Source: Trichosphaerium sp. ATCC 40318
Taxonomy: Eukaryota; Protista; Tubulinea
DNA: 64,000 bases
Direction: 5' to 3'
Assembly: GCA_038496445.1 (NCBI GenBank)
Contig: JALMLS010000022.1
Location: 67,594-131,593 of the forward strand
The translations under genes and the position numbers were made by a program. Below, piece after piece: positions 1-12,166 of this stretch (its first letter is position 1; each line of letters starts with the position of its first letter). The notes below the pieces were generated by a model, which saw only the letters and a list, made by a program, of their open reading frames with translations, had not been told where the DNA came from and ran no database searches.

Positions 1-1672
1 TGCTGAAATTTCGACATTTTTAAACTGCCAATATCGTGATGCTGTGAGGCTTGGGTTCTTGTTAATTATAATAATCTTGATTTTATATAGCTTACTGAAC
101 TGTTGCTGTATTCACAAAAGAAGCGGATTGTCCATTGCACGTGGAATCTTTAGTCAAACACGATGACATATCGGCTGGTTTTTGGAAATAAGAAAAAAAC
201 ATGCCTAAAGATTCTGATGATTTTCTTAAACTTACCTGCACTGTGGCTGAATGTTATTCCATCAAACTACAACTATGTGAATGGTGATAACAAAATAGCG
301 ATAGTGGTACAGTGACATAATCTACAAATTGCTTTGAGGTCGCATCTCCCATTGATGTTAAAATCTCAGTCAAAGAAGGAAGCACAACGTTCAGTTTTGT
401 TAAGTCTTCTCCAGCATTTGCATGATAAGTAACAATATGACTGTTTCTAGCAATAAAAGCGTTACAATTATTAAAATACAAAATGTAGTTAGATGTACTT
501 GTCGAAATGGAAAGAACCAGGAGAATTAGTTAGACAAGACTTCACGTTTTCTAAAGGAAATTCATTAAGAAATACAGACTGCCAAATAAAATCAGTTATG
601 GCGATGTACCCAAGTAGAATCTATGACCACTAGCTAATCCAGTGTATGTAGCATACATAGGGTTTACTACTTTAACATTCTTTCCATCAATTGAAGATAC
701 TTGATGATATGAGGAAGTCCTTCAAAAAACAATGTTAAAAAAAAAGTGTTAAGCGTTCCTGTACCAATACTGATACACTACCATCTAAGCATAGCGGGTT
801 AGTATTGTAACGTTATTATATTATCCTTGTGTTACCTCAATTCCAGTATCTGTAGTGCTTGGAAGGTCATCTTTTGAAACTAACTCAAAAGCATGATCAC
901 CTTTACTGTTTCGTTAGTCTTGAGTTTACTAATGGTTGTTGCCTGACCAGATATAGATTCAAAGTGATCGTATGTCATGATACCGCAGTTTACACGCTTT
1001 CTTCTTTGTCCTGATAAGCAAGTTGTAAGCGAATTCGAAAGTCAGGGAAGGATTTTCGTCTTACCGTTTATCCACATTTGTCTAACATCGTTTTGTGTCA
1101 CGTGCGCTTCCCATGTGTTACTACCAACTAGTTTCCAATCTTTAACCTGGACACCACCACTCACAATTACATCACCACTACTGTCACCAACGAACGATAT
1201 TGGTGCTAGAACAAACAGTAACTCCCTAGAACTTTAACATTTTTCTTACCTTGTTCGCTTCCAGATATCGAAGAATTGAATGCTAACGGCACAGTTTGAT
1301 AATAAGCACCTGATACGATAGTATTAGAAGGAATAAAGCAAGTACATAAATGTGTGGTGACCTTTTTCAATGTTGAACGTTACGGCGGTTTTGAGAATGT
1401 TGGCCTTGTTCTTGTTCTTTAGAGATCTTGATTAAACAATGAGAAACACCGCTTTGTGCTGGTTAGGTATGCGCGTACGCTATTTGTTTCAAACATCGCG
1501 CTAGAGACGCCCAAGGTGATCCCTTAGAACCATCGTTATTGTCGTTGCCTTTTATCACGTGTTAAATAGCGAACTTTCGATGTAATTGTCAAGATGTGCC
1601 TGTTGTAGATACGTAGTACTGCTGGCATGTAGAAATACAAATTAAAGCAAGTAGGAAAAGTGTTAACCGCAT
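1..1672 (-). CDS. Secreted right-handed beta-helix glycoside hydrolase, GH141-like (multi-exon; 3' end runs off the window)
   Basis: Manual splicing gives signal peptide MRLTLFLLALICISTCQQ, then YYVSTTGNDNNDGSKGSPW, and PISFVGDSSGDVIVSGGVQVKDWKLVGSNTWEAHVTQNDVRQMWING. These motifs match the N-terminus of bacterial parallel beta-helix/GH141 proteins. Confidence 0.65.
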
Positions 1673-3049
1673 TTTGGAGTGCTTAGAAAGATTTAATGTG
1701 AATAAGGCACGATGGCTTCACAAAGTCGTACTACTAACACTGTTTGACATAACTGTACCTTCGCTTATAATTGGTTTGAGTATTCGCAATAATGTGCCCG
1801 TATTGTCCGTATTTAGAAGAAATTGTAAGGTGGCTACAATTGCATGACTGGTAGAATAAATAAGGGGTGGCTCAATTGTACCCTAACCCTACAATTGAGT
1901 ACAATAACCTATTGCATTATTTTTTTACGTCAAATTTACTTAACCTTTCAATATTAACTCTGCCGAGGGACTTCAGACTTTGTTTGTTCTTCTTCTTTGG
2001 TTCGTTCCCATTCTTTTTCCATTTCATCTTAACGTTGGGACGTTTCATTTGCTGTTATTATAGGCATGGTATGGAGTAATTTTATAGGGAGTTTATTCAG
2101 CAATTGTAGTCTCACATCAGCCTGTGTTGCATGAAGTAAATTGGCGATAAGGACGCCTTGAAATACAATCGGAGAATTATTAGACTAATGTTACCTCGCC
2201 TTGCAATACTGTAGTTTAACGATGAAGAGTATGAGTTCTCCAATATTGGCCAGTATTATGTAAGGAATATGTTTAACAACTAGACACATTATGGGGAACG
2301 GATAATTTAACATTATGAGTTTGCTCTACCCAACGAAAAAGTACCAACTGCGACCTTTTTTTATTGCTCTGCAAGGATCGTTGAGCCTCAGAATTTTGCT
2401 AAAACTTGGGAACATATTACAAAATTTTAAAGTAAATTTCCTGTAGTAAAATACAACATGTGATTTTTTCTAAAAATAACATGGTTCTTACGTATATTCA
2501 AGACTTGGACCTAACGAGATATCACAAAAGATCACGCCACAGAAATGTTGATTCAACTCCAAATAGATTCAATTATATAGACTGGTCTTGGGTGAGTTAC
2601 TACCGTTCGTAATTCCCTACCTCTTCAACATGAAAGAAACTAGCGCCTAGATTATTTTGTGAATCTCGCAACGAATTCGTTTCCATTAAATTGTCCGGGA
2701 ACTGTTTACTTTATTGGCACTATTGTACAACCTTAGGTGCGGAAAAAATAAAACCCCGTTCTCTCCAAACCATTGTATTTATTGGATACGTAAGGACGGC
2801 TCATTTCCAAGCTTCATAAGCAGAACTTTTATACTCCAGTTATTTTTACATAAAATACCACACAATAATCTGATCATCTAGATCTAACCTTTGTAGGGAC
2901 AGAGGTAATCCAAATTTTATTCTGAGGCTGCCTCGTTATATAAATTTACCCGCTGACTAATGTGATTTAAACACACACTAGCGTATGAGTAAGTTACTAG
3001 CGAATCATTCTTCTCAAGTTTTCAAACACTAAACAATACAAGCGGAAAA

Positions 3050-4049
3050 ATGGTACGAAGCAAATTTCCGCTGTTATATATCTCTTTATCTCACAGTATA
3101 CCTAGAACTGGATTATTTTATCGGTTTGTGTGGCACTCTTCCTTACGCAAGTTACAGCGCTAGACAAAAACAAAACCCCTGGACAAAACTTCGACCTCAG
3201 CAACTGGAAAATAACACTTCCTGATTCATCAGCAAGCGAAAGATCACCTTCTCAAGTACGCAACTATTTCCCCACTTTCTGCACAGTCATGCCTATGTAA
3301 CATTTCTGTTAGCTGCGCACATACACTTCCAAGTACTTTTACACAGGAGGCGATGGATCGATGACGTTCTATTGTCCTTCAAATGGCGGTACAACAAGTG
3401 GATCAAGTTACCCAAGATCTGAGTTACGTCAACTCTGTAACCCAGGTGACGATAACTACGTACACAACAACAATGTCAACCTAAAGCTAACACTCTGCCT
3501 TCTTTTTAGAATTGGCACATATCTGATAAAAACGTGATGAAAGCAAGACTCAAAGTTGATAGAGCCAAAACGGATGCCAACAAAGTTGTAGTACTTCAAA
3601 TTCACGCTTTTGATGCACCACCTCTTATCAAAATTCAATGGGAATCTAACGGGAATATCTACGCTTTGTACAAGAAAAACAGAAACGGTGACGATGCTCC
3701 AAAGGTAATTATAACAATTTATATTTTGTCTACCATGCAAGTTACAATTAACACAAACTTGAGGTTACTCTGGGCAGTGTTGGATTTGGTCGTTTTGACA
3801 TGGAGATACATGTACGTCCTTGATATTATGTAACTTGTTTTGATGTTTACCAAGGCTGACAACGGACGCCTTAAAGTGTACCTCAATGGTGCTAAAAAAC
3901 TGGACGTAAATGTGGGTGGATATTGGAGCAGCTTCACAAACTACTTCAAGGCTGGTAGCTACTTGCAAGCAAACTCTGGTGGTCAGTTCGCTACAGTCCG
4001 ATTCTATGAATTGGATATCACCAGCCAAGGACCTTGTGAAGAAGATTAA
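3050..4049 (+). CDS. Secreted polysaccharide lyase family 7 (alginate lyase)
   Basis: Spliced: M|NWIILSVCVALFLTQVTA signal peptide, PGQNFDLSNWKITLP, YPRSELRQ, LQIH and YFKAGSYLQ. These include the three conserved PL7 regions. Confidence 0.92.
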
Positions 4050-4329
4050 ATAAACTGCTCACACTTTCTGATGCCAAACAGTTTAATACAGTTTTGTTCC
4101 CGCTGTAGCGCTAGTGGACTCTGGAACTTTAATTGAGTTTTTTTTCAAGGTTTGTTTTCTTCGCTGTTATAATATGTACAATACTTAAAACGTCTGCAGA
4201 AAAAATAGAGGAGAGAGCAAAGAAGAAATTTAAGTTGAGATGACACGTGTAAATAAAATAGAAGCTTTTTTTTAGACTTTGAACATAGTTTAACAAAAAA
4301 CTTTTTTCTGGTAAGTGCATGCTGATTTT

Positions 4330-7300
4330 TTAGTCCATTGTTTGAAGAACTGTTTCACGTCTAAGAAGAAAATTATTAGATATATTAAATACCTGTGGGT
4401 ATTATACGTACGTTGTAGAAGAGTTTGGAAAGAAGACAGGGAAAGGAGGTGGTACAGATAAGCCCAAACCATCAGGAACACTAAAAGAAAAAAGTCACAA
4501 CATTGATTCGCTTTGGATGCATATAAAGATGTTCTACTTACTTGCTCTGATATATAGTGTTTGTATAATGCTTAATAGATCCTTGGAAGGATCCACGATT
4601 AGGTATATTGAAGCTACACTTTCCATCTTACAAGAGTATAAGTGAACAACGAAAACAAAGAAAAAAAGTTACCTCTTGTCCCGTTTGTCCATTTACCATT
4701 GAATGTGGTACCATTAGCAAAAGTGTATGTACCAGAACCATGGAACTATACATTATTTAAATCAATAGTTGTTCTTACAAAAAATCACGTGATTTTGTCT
4801 TACCAAATTAAAAGCAAAACCGCCTTTGTAAGAATCTCCATTTCTAAATTCTGTTGAAAACAAAAGTCAGTTTCGTGTCATGGCTTTCTACCAATATTGT
4901 TAATTACATACCTATGTATCCTTTACCATGCATGTTGCTCTATATAAGCGTTATATTAGATAAAACAAGACTCTAGTGGTTAAAAAAGCGAACCATGTTC
5001 CATTCTCCTTCGTAGAGTATAATCCAATCTTTTTGATGTCCTGTCAACCTGCCTCCTTTATGCCCTGTTTAAAAAAGTGGGTAAGAAAGTGATCGAACTA
5101 AGCTATCCTTACATTTATCGTAAAGCCAAAAACCTTCATATCTTGCACCAGACTGGTAGGTCATCGTTCCTTTACCTTTAAAAAAAAACATCAACATTTT
5201 GACAAAACTTTACTAGTTTATGATTTAGTCGTACCAGATCGGTACCCGTGTTCCCACTCTCCCTTTAACTTAGTTAGTATCTTTAAAATAATATTCAAGT
5301 ACTTTATAAGTAGAGCCATTTCGCCCGACAAATGATCCTTGACCATGACGCTAGTTGAGAGTTAATGTTGTTATATAACAAGTATGTAACACTTACTTTG
5401 TTGTGGAGCCAATCACCTTGATATTTGCATTTATTCGCATAGCACATACAACCTGAAATATTGTGTTATATATTGATTATATAGATCAAACATACCGACA
5501 CCAGAGCGTGCTCCTCTGAGCCATTGACCCTTTTTTAAAAAGTCAAGAAAATTATAAGAAAAGACAAACTTTACCTGGTATTCACTACCGTCTCTGTACT
5601 TTTGATTACCATGACCTTCTTTCATGTTGTATTGCCACTCTCCTGTGAATACTTCACCAGTAAGAGTATCAGTATATGTGCCATTACCATGACGCTAAAC
5701 AAGCCATTAATAAAAGAAACAAGCTCTTTTATAAAGCTACCAAGTCATGTTGGAAGTGCCCATAGTACACAGATCCATTAGCATACTTAACCTCTCCTTT
5801 ACCGTGTTTAACGCCATTATTCCATCCGCCACAATAAGATTGGCCGTTGATATACGTTATTGTTCCTTCACCGTGGAACTACAACCAAAAGTTAAAAACG
5901 CAGAATAAAATCAAGTATACCTTATTTTCGTTAAACTGTCCTTCATATGATGTGCCATTCGCAAGCTTTAACTTTCCTTCGCCAGTTGCTGAGTCGTTCT
6001 AAAGCGCTATTTTCAGTATTGTAAGAGTTTGTGAATAACTAATTACCGTCCAGTCGCCTTCGTAGACATCACCGTTGTTAAACTTCAGCTGACCCTAGAA
6101 CGAGAAAATAAGAAAGAATCATATGTTTTTAGGTTCGAAATCCTTACCTGACCATGACGTTTGCCGTCCAGCCAATCACCTATTTTTATTAAAAACCCAT
6201 GATTTTCCTATTAATTTGTACATACCAACGTATCGTCCACCTGTAGGTAAGGATAGCTCACCTTGTCCATTTTGCAGGTCCTAAGAAAACGAATTTAATT
6301 TGCCTTGTTTTACAATTTATAGTGTTCTTACGTCTTTCCATTCACCATTATATCTCTCTCCCGTTGGATACGTCAACTTTCCATTACCTTCTCTCCAATC
6401 TTCCTTCCATTCACCATCATATACACCTCCAAGATGAGAATACCTTCCTTTTCCATGACGCTTTAAACAAACTTTAGTTTAATTCGTTTGTTTAAAATTG
6501 ATATTCCCTCTTACTTTACCGTGTTTCCAATAACCTACGTAGATACTTCAATATATAATTATAATAAAATAAACTCGTTTGCGACAGTACAAGGTAGTTA
6601 CGGGATTTGTGTCGAGAGTTTTTTCAACAAGAAAAAAAAGGGAAAAGTCTGAAAATATACCTTCATAGATTGCAGTACTAGGATATGTATAACGACCATA
6701 TCGAGTTGTATCGTCTTTGGATATTAGCACAAAATTATAAACATCAAAGTTAAGGTGTACCATTAGTGACATTACTACAAAAAAGCGATAAGTAACAATT
6801 TTTTTACATCATAGTCAACACGTACGGAGTTTGAGAAAACAAGTTATGTTGTGCTTGCTCTATTTTCTTTACCCATTCATTATCGTTTAGTTGTATTTTC
6901 TTCCCTTCTGGACCAATCAACATCACACTCACTGCAAAAAAAATAGAATAAGTCAAAAAACAACCACAGCAAGAAATGTTCTCATTAACAAAAGTTACGA
7001 AGTCAGAAAATTTTAAGAACATGGTTTTGTGTGCTAACAAACTGTGTAGAGTATGTAAAGCACATCCAGAGCGCGAAAAAACCTTTAATTGTTTAGCGGT
7101 TAACTTGAAAGCGTTTGACATTATGAGGTTTGTTAAAGAGTTCGTACTTTCATTTCTTCTTTCTACCTTCATCAACCAAACTAAGTTCAGTGGTAATGAG
7201 TACTCAGCGAGAGCTAAATTGGCTCCGGCTAGTAGTTTAAAGGTTAGTGGTTTTATATATGAGGGAACACTAAGACATGTCATGAAGTACCTTTTAGGAA

Positions 7301-9773
7301 GGCTTGTTTGATGTGAACCAAAATATCATTAAACAAAAAGAAATGAAGTGCATCTTTTTTCTTTTCTTCAGTTTTAACAACACCTTCTGTGATAAGATAC
7401 CTGTGATTATTAGTAACAAACACCTAAATTCACTACATAGGTACCTGTGCGGAGCAATCAAACCCTAAAAAGAGGTCAGCACTTGAATCACATGAAGTTA
7501 AAAAAAGTTGTTTTGTTTTGACGAAACTTACCTCAAGGTTAGCTCCCTTGCCTAAGTTGGCTATGATTTTAGCATTATCCCACTTTCTAACACCCTCGTC
7601 TTTCTTTTGTTAGCTTAAAATTAAAAAAAGAAGATAGAGTACTAATGGAAGACGCAATCTGTCGCAAGAGCTCAAGTGCCTATTTCCAAAAAATTACATA
7701 AATATGTTTCATTGCAAACACTGTACTTTAATAAGATTCTCATGATCTGGATGAGCTTCCTCTATATTATATTTGTTAAATACGTATTGTCACAAAACCA
7801 ATAGTACCTGTATGCTTTAATAAATCAGCTATAAGCATGACGTATCTCGGAACTCTAAACTATGTTAGCAATTTCATTTTCCACAAAAACAATCAGCTTC
7901 ACTTGCCTCTGAATAGGCCTAGCACATGAAATTAGTTTAGATTAATTGACGAATGGATACACGTTATAGCAAGAACGTACATGATGAAGTAGTCAGGTAG
8001 TTCAAGTTTCATCTTACTGCTTATTTTGCTTTGCTATTAAAACAATAATGGTTAACCAACATTTTTTCTAATTGTTTATCAGTTTCTCGTACTTCTACTG
8101 TATCTCTGAATTTATCATTTTCTTTAACAATACGCTTATATTCTACTATTGCAGATTGATAATTATTAGAGTACTTGGAGTACATCTAAAGAAGAAAAAA
8201 GTAAGAAACACACAAAAGAAAATACCTCAGTTGTTTGCTCGAACCTTTAAGAAGGGTGCCATCTAGTACATGTTAGTCTATAATTAACGTAACTTATCTT
8301 CGTTATTTTACCTTTGTAAATACATCTCCTATTTTAGTTATAGGTCCCCAGTTAGGTATACGCTCTTTAAACTCTTTAAGAAGTTGAATATTAAAATTAA
8401 GAAGCAACTCAATATCATCAAACATTTTCTTTAATGCCTCGACTAAAAATCCAGCCTTGGCTAAAGGTGCTTTGTAATACTAACGAAAAGTATGAATATT
8501 AGATATTAAATGGAATAAAGTACCTGTATCATCGTCTGTAAAGACTTAACGAACGTTTCTTCTGTGGATAGAATTTCTCCGGCGATTTTCGTTCTCTTAT
8601 CTTTATAACGGTTAGTTAAACCTTTTATACTATTTCCTTACCATCAGATGATATTCTAATCGATCGTAATCGTTCTCTGAAAAAATAGATGTCACGTGAT
8701 TGGGTAGAAACCAAGAAAAAAAGAACAAAAAAAACCCACGCCAAAACCGTACCTCTTTGCAATTTTTGAAGGTTCAATGTTTTCATCTTCTGCAGCGCCT
8801 ACACCAGCAGCTACAGCGCCTTGTTCAACACCACCTGAACTTCTTCCACGCGTTATTACTGTAGTTTGTCTATTCTGTCTTCTATTCTTTGTAGGAGGAG
8901 AAAAAACAGACTTTGGAGCAATTCCAGAAACAGATGCAGACTTTTTCTTTCGTTCTTTCATTTTTTCTGAACGACCTTTCTTCTTTGATCTCTTTTCTTG
9001 TTTGTGACCAACATACTCAGAATGCCTACGATCACCTCTTTCTTTCTTTTTCCCACTTGATGGGTACATCTGAGAAGCTCTGTTTGATCCTATTTTTGGC
9101 ATATTTCTTTTTGCTGCAGGTACTTTTCGCTTTTGTTGTGCGAATACATCATGAGCAGGTAGCTGAGGTCTCTTGCTCCCATTGTTTGTCTTTGCGCGGA
9201 ATGACCATGTAACTGATCCTGATTTTGCAGTAGGAGGAGGCTTGTTTGGTTTTGTTGAATGCATTGAAGCTCGGGATACACCTGGTTTAGGTGGTGTACT
9301 GCTAGGACTAAGCAAGAGTGTTAGGAGTGGGCTTGTGCGGTATATGGAAGTTTTGTTACACACCCGTTGGAGTTTGGTTTAGGCATAGATCGTGCTTCAT
9401 TATTGGTTCCTTCTGGAGCTAACGAGGCGTCATCTAAAGCTTCCTATTGAAAACAAAAAAGTTAGAATCAACGATAAACAGAAATCTGATTGTCACTATC
9501 GAACACGTGGTAATAAATAATAAATTTATTTAGGCGTATTTAAAGCACTATGGGTGGTAGTAAAAAAGGACATGAAACGAAAACCGAAAACGTGTAATTA
9601 GCATAAAAAACAAAAAACTTAGAAAAACAAAGCGTTTTGGTTTGTACTGTTGTAAAACTATCTTTCTGCCAGAATTGAAGGCGTTTTTTAAAATCTTGAT
9701 TAGATAATTCTGTGCCCTCGACAAAGGGTTTATTTTGATTCATAGCTTGCTGTTCGCTTTTATTGCCTAACAT
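4330..9773 (-). CDS. RhoGEF (DH-PH) with C-terminal MORN repeats, alsin-like; Pro/Lys-rich N-terminus
   Basis: DH motifs RTKIAGEILSTEETFVKSL and PIQRVPRYVMLIADLLKHT; PH-like exons at about 6850-7400; many MORN repeats (YxGxWxxGxxHGxG) at about 4650-6750. Confidence 0.88.
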
Positions 9774-11016
9774 CTCCGCTCGGGCTTTTTTTGAAGCACA
9801 AAAAAAAATACAAACAGAATGTCTTTTGTTTCACGATTTTACCACAAAAAACTAAACTACGTCGCGGTAGTGCTTTAAATAGACACAATTTTTTAAATTC
9901 AACCTCAAGCGCAAAAAACTAATATCTTGTTTATCAATTTAAACTATACTGATCACGTGCCTTTCTTCTATGATGACGAACACGCTGAAAATTGGACATT
10001 TGAAGTTAAAGAGTATCTAAAACTCTCAAAGATAAGTCCCTCGCTCGTTTTATGTTTACCTTGTGCGAAAGGGTGTATTTAAGGTTTGTTACGGCTTTAA
10101 ATGATTACTTAAGTTTTGATTAAGACCACGTGTCACCAAAATGCAAAAAAACCCGTTAAAGTTTGCTTGTACAAGCATCGTAGCTCGTTATCTTGTTTGT
10201 AAATCATTTTCATACCCAATTGATTTAACGCAACAAATCTTAGTTGTACTGAAGCATCTTCAGCTAATTGCAAGTTTTCTTTTTGAGTCAAATCTCCCGC
10301 CATTTACAAAAAGCCAAGCAGGACTAAAACCGACCACACTATGATGCAGCGACACGTATTCTCATTGGTAGAATGTATCAATTGGCAGACTCTTACGTTA
10401 TTAATAAAAGACAGCTATATAAACTAGCATTCAAAAGCGGCGTGAAAGTGACTGAAGAAACTATGGCTAGCTGGGTAAGTTTGTAAGGCACCTAATGTAA
10501 AATAATGAAGAACTGTGAGATTTACGAATAAGTTGTAGTTGGGCACCAAAAAGTCCATTAACACGTGACTATAGTTTTGTGGACGGCGTTTGCCAATGGT
10601 GCCAGATGGACTGTCTTTGGGAAGAACTAAATAGCTTCCCAGCTAGTATCCCCTACTTCCCAGCGACATATCACGATAAAGTACAGTCAACCGACACTTA
10701 ACAATGTCATTAATCACAAACGTCCTTCTCTTCCGCTGGCTGGTAGTGCTTGTCACTACTCAACAGTAGCTCACTATTATATAGTACGAAAACGTTGGCA
10801 TCATACCGGTTGTACACTCAAGTCAACTATTCAGCAATGCCATATCAATACAGAAAGCCATTTTTTACTATTTTGAACTTATCCTTGGTTGTTGAAATCA
10901 GTGTTGGTAAACTGAATGGCAATGGATCAAACGGTTCAATAAACCTACATATATACTACATTACTTAACTTGACAGAATACCTTCATATATAAATATCCA
11001 ATACAAGCATAACAAC

Positions 11017-11938
11017 ATGACTGAATTAGTTAACGAACACACTTACAAACTTATCTCTGCAGAACACGATGGCTTTATCCATGGGCACCCAAGAGTGTGG
11101 TTAAAAGTAGATCAAAAAGGTACGCATAGCGTTAAAAAGAAGCTAGTTTCCACTGCTGTTTATAACGTGATAAATTCTCACTTCTCCTTTCAGGTTTGGT
11201 TCCAGACAAGAACGGATCAAAGCCAGGTAGAAAAATGGTCGTTCGTAACGCCGAGACTGGAGCTGAGCTTCCAATCTTTGGCGTAAATCACTGGGCTTGG
11301 CCTGGGTATGGCGGTATTCAAGGCACGTGACACATTTTAAAGATGATATTCTTCTCAAATCGCTAACAAAACGTTCCAGGTTGCTATATTTGGCCTGTTG
11401 ACACTGAGGCTGAGTGGACACCTGAAAAGAGTAAAGAAGTTCTCGGTTTCTTGGCTGACGGCATTACTATTAACATCGGTGCTATTCCAAACGGTACCCA
11501 CGTTTGTGTTGACGATAAATGTGTTAAAGTCGAGTACCTTGTTCCAAAGGATCTCGTAGAAAACAAGATTTACACTTGTAACGTTAGCTTCAAGAACAAG
11601 CTCTCAATTCCTATCACCAACTGTCTTGCTTATGTTGATGTCGATGAGAACTCTCCTTATCACTCCGAAGTAATGACTTGCGGTGGATCTGGAGACCTTG
11701 ATAAGCTAGCTCTTGACTTTGGTCACATTATGGCTAACGGGTACGCTCAAAGGGATACTCAAGTTTTTTTCTCATTTTTTTTTACAGATCCAAAACAATG
11801 GATTTCAAGTTCTCGTTCCCTTTGATCAACCCAGATATGCCAAGCAAGAAATTTGATGGTATTTTTCAACTCGCACCTTTCTTCAAGGCTGAATACCAGA
11901 AATGGGGAGGTGCAAAACAAGAAGTTATTGTAAATTGA
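11017..11938 (+). CDS. Uncharacterised protein (about 250 aa, 4 exons)
   Basis: Clean exon chain MTELVNEH...GCYIWPVDTEAEWTPEK...KWGGAKQEVIVN* with standard splice sites. No family recognised; start uncertain. Confidence 0.7.
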
Positions 11939-12166
11939 ACTCAAACTTTTTTCTGTAAAGTCAATCACTAAAGTCGGCCAATAATCTTGTTTGACAGTTG
12001 CTCTTCAATAAACTACAGTTCTTTTGAGTCGATAGCATTGAGTTACTGCTCTGTGTCTCAATGTTTATCTGCTTCGCTGCTCCTGATGTGCACTGAACGA
12101 AGAAAGTCGACGACCAAATTATTCTACCCACTGAGGTTTTTCTTTTTATTGACAGTTCAACAAAAT

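Noticed and set aside
1700-3000. Hidden gene between the two CAZyme genes
   Set aside because: Only short interrupted frames; no consistent exon chain or motif.
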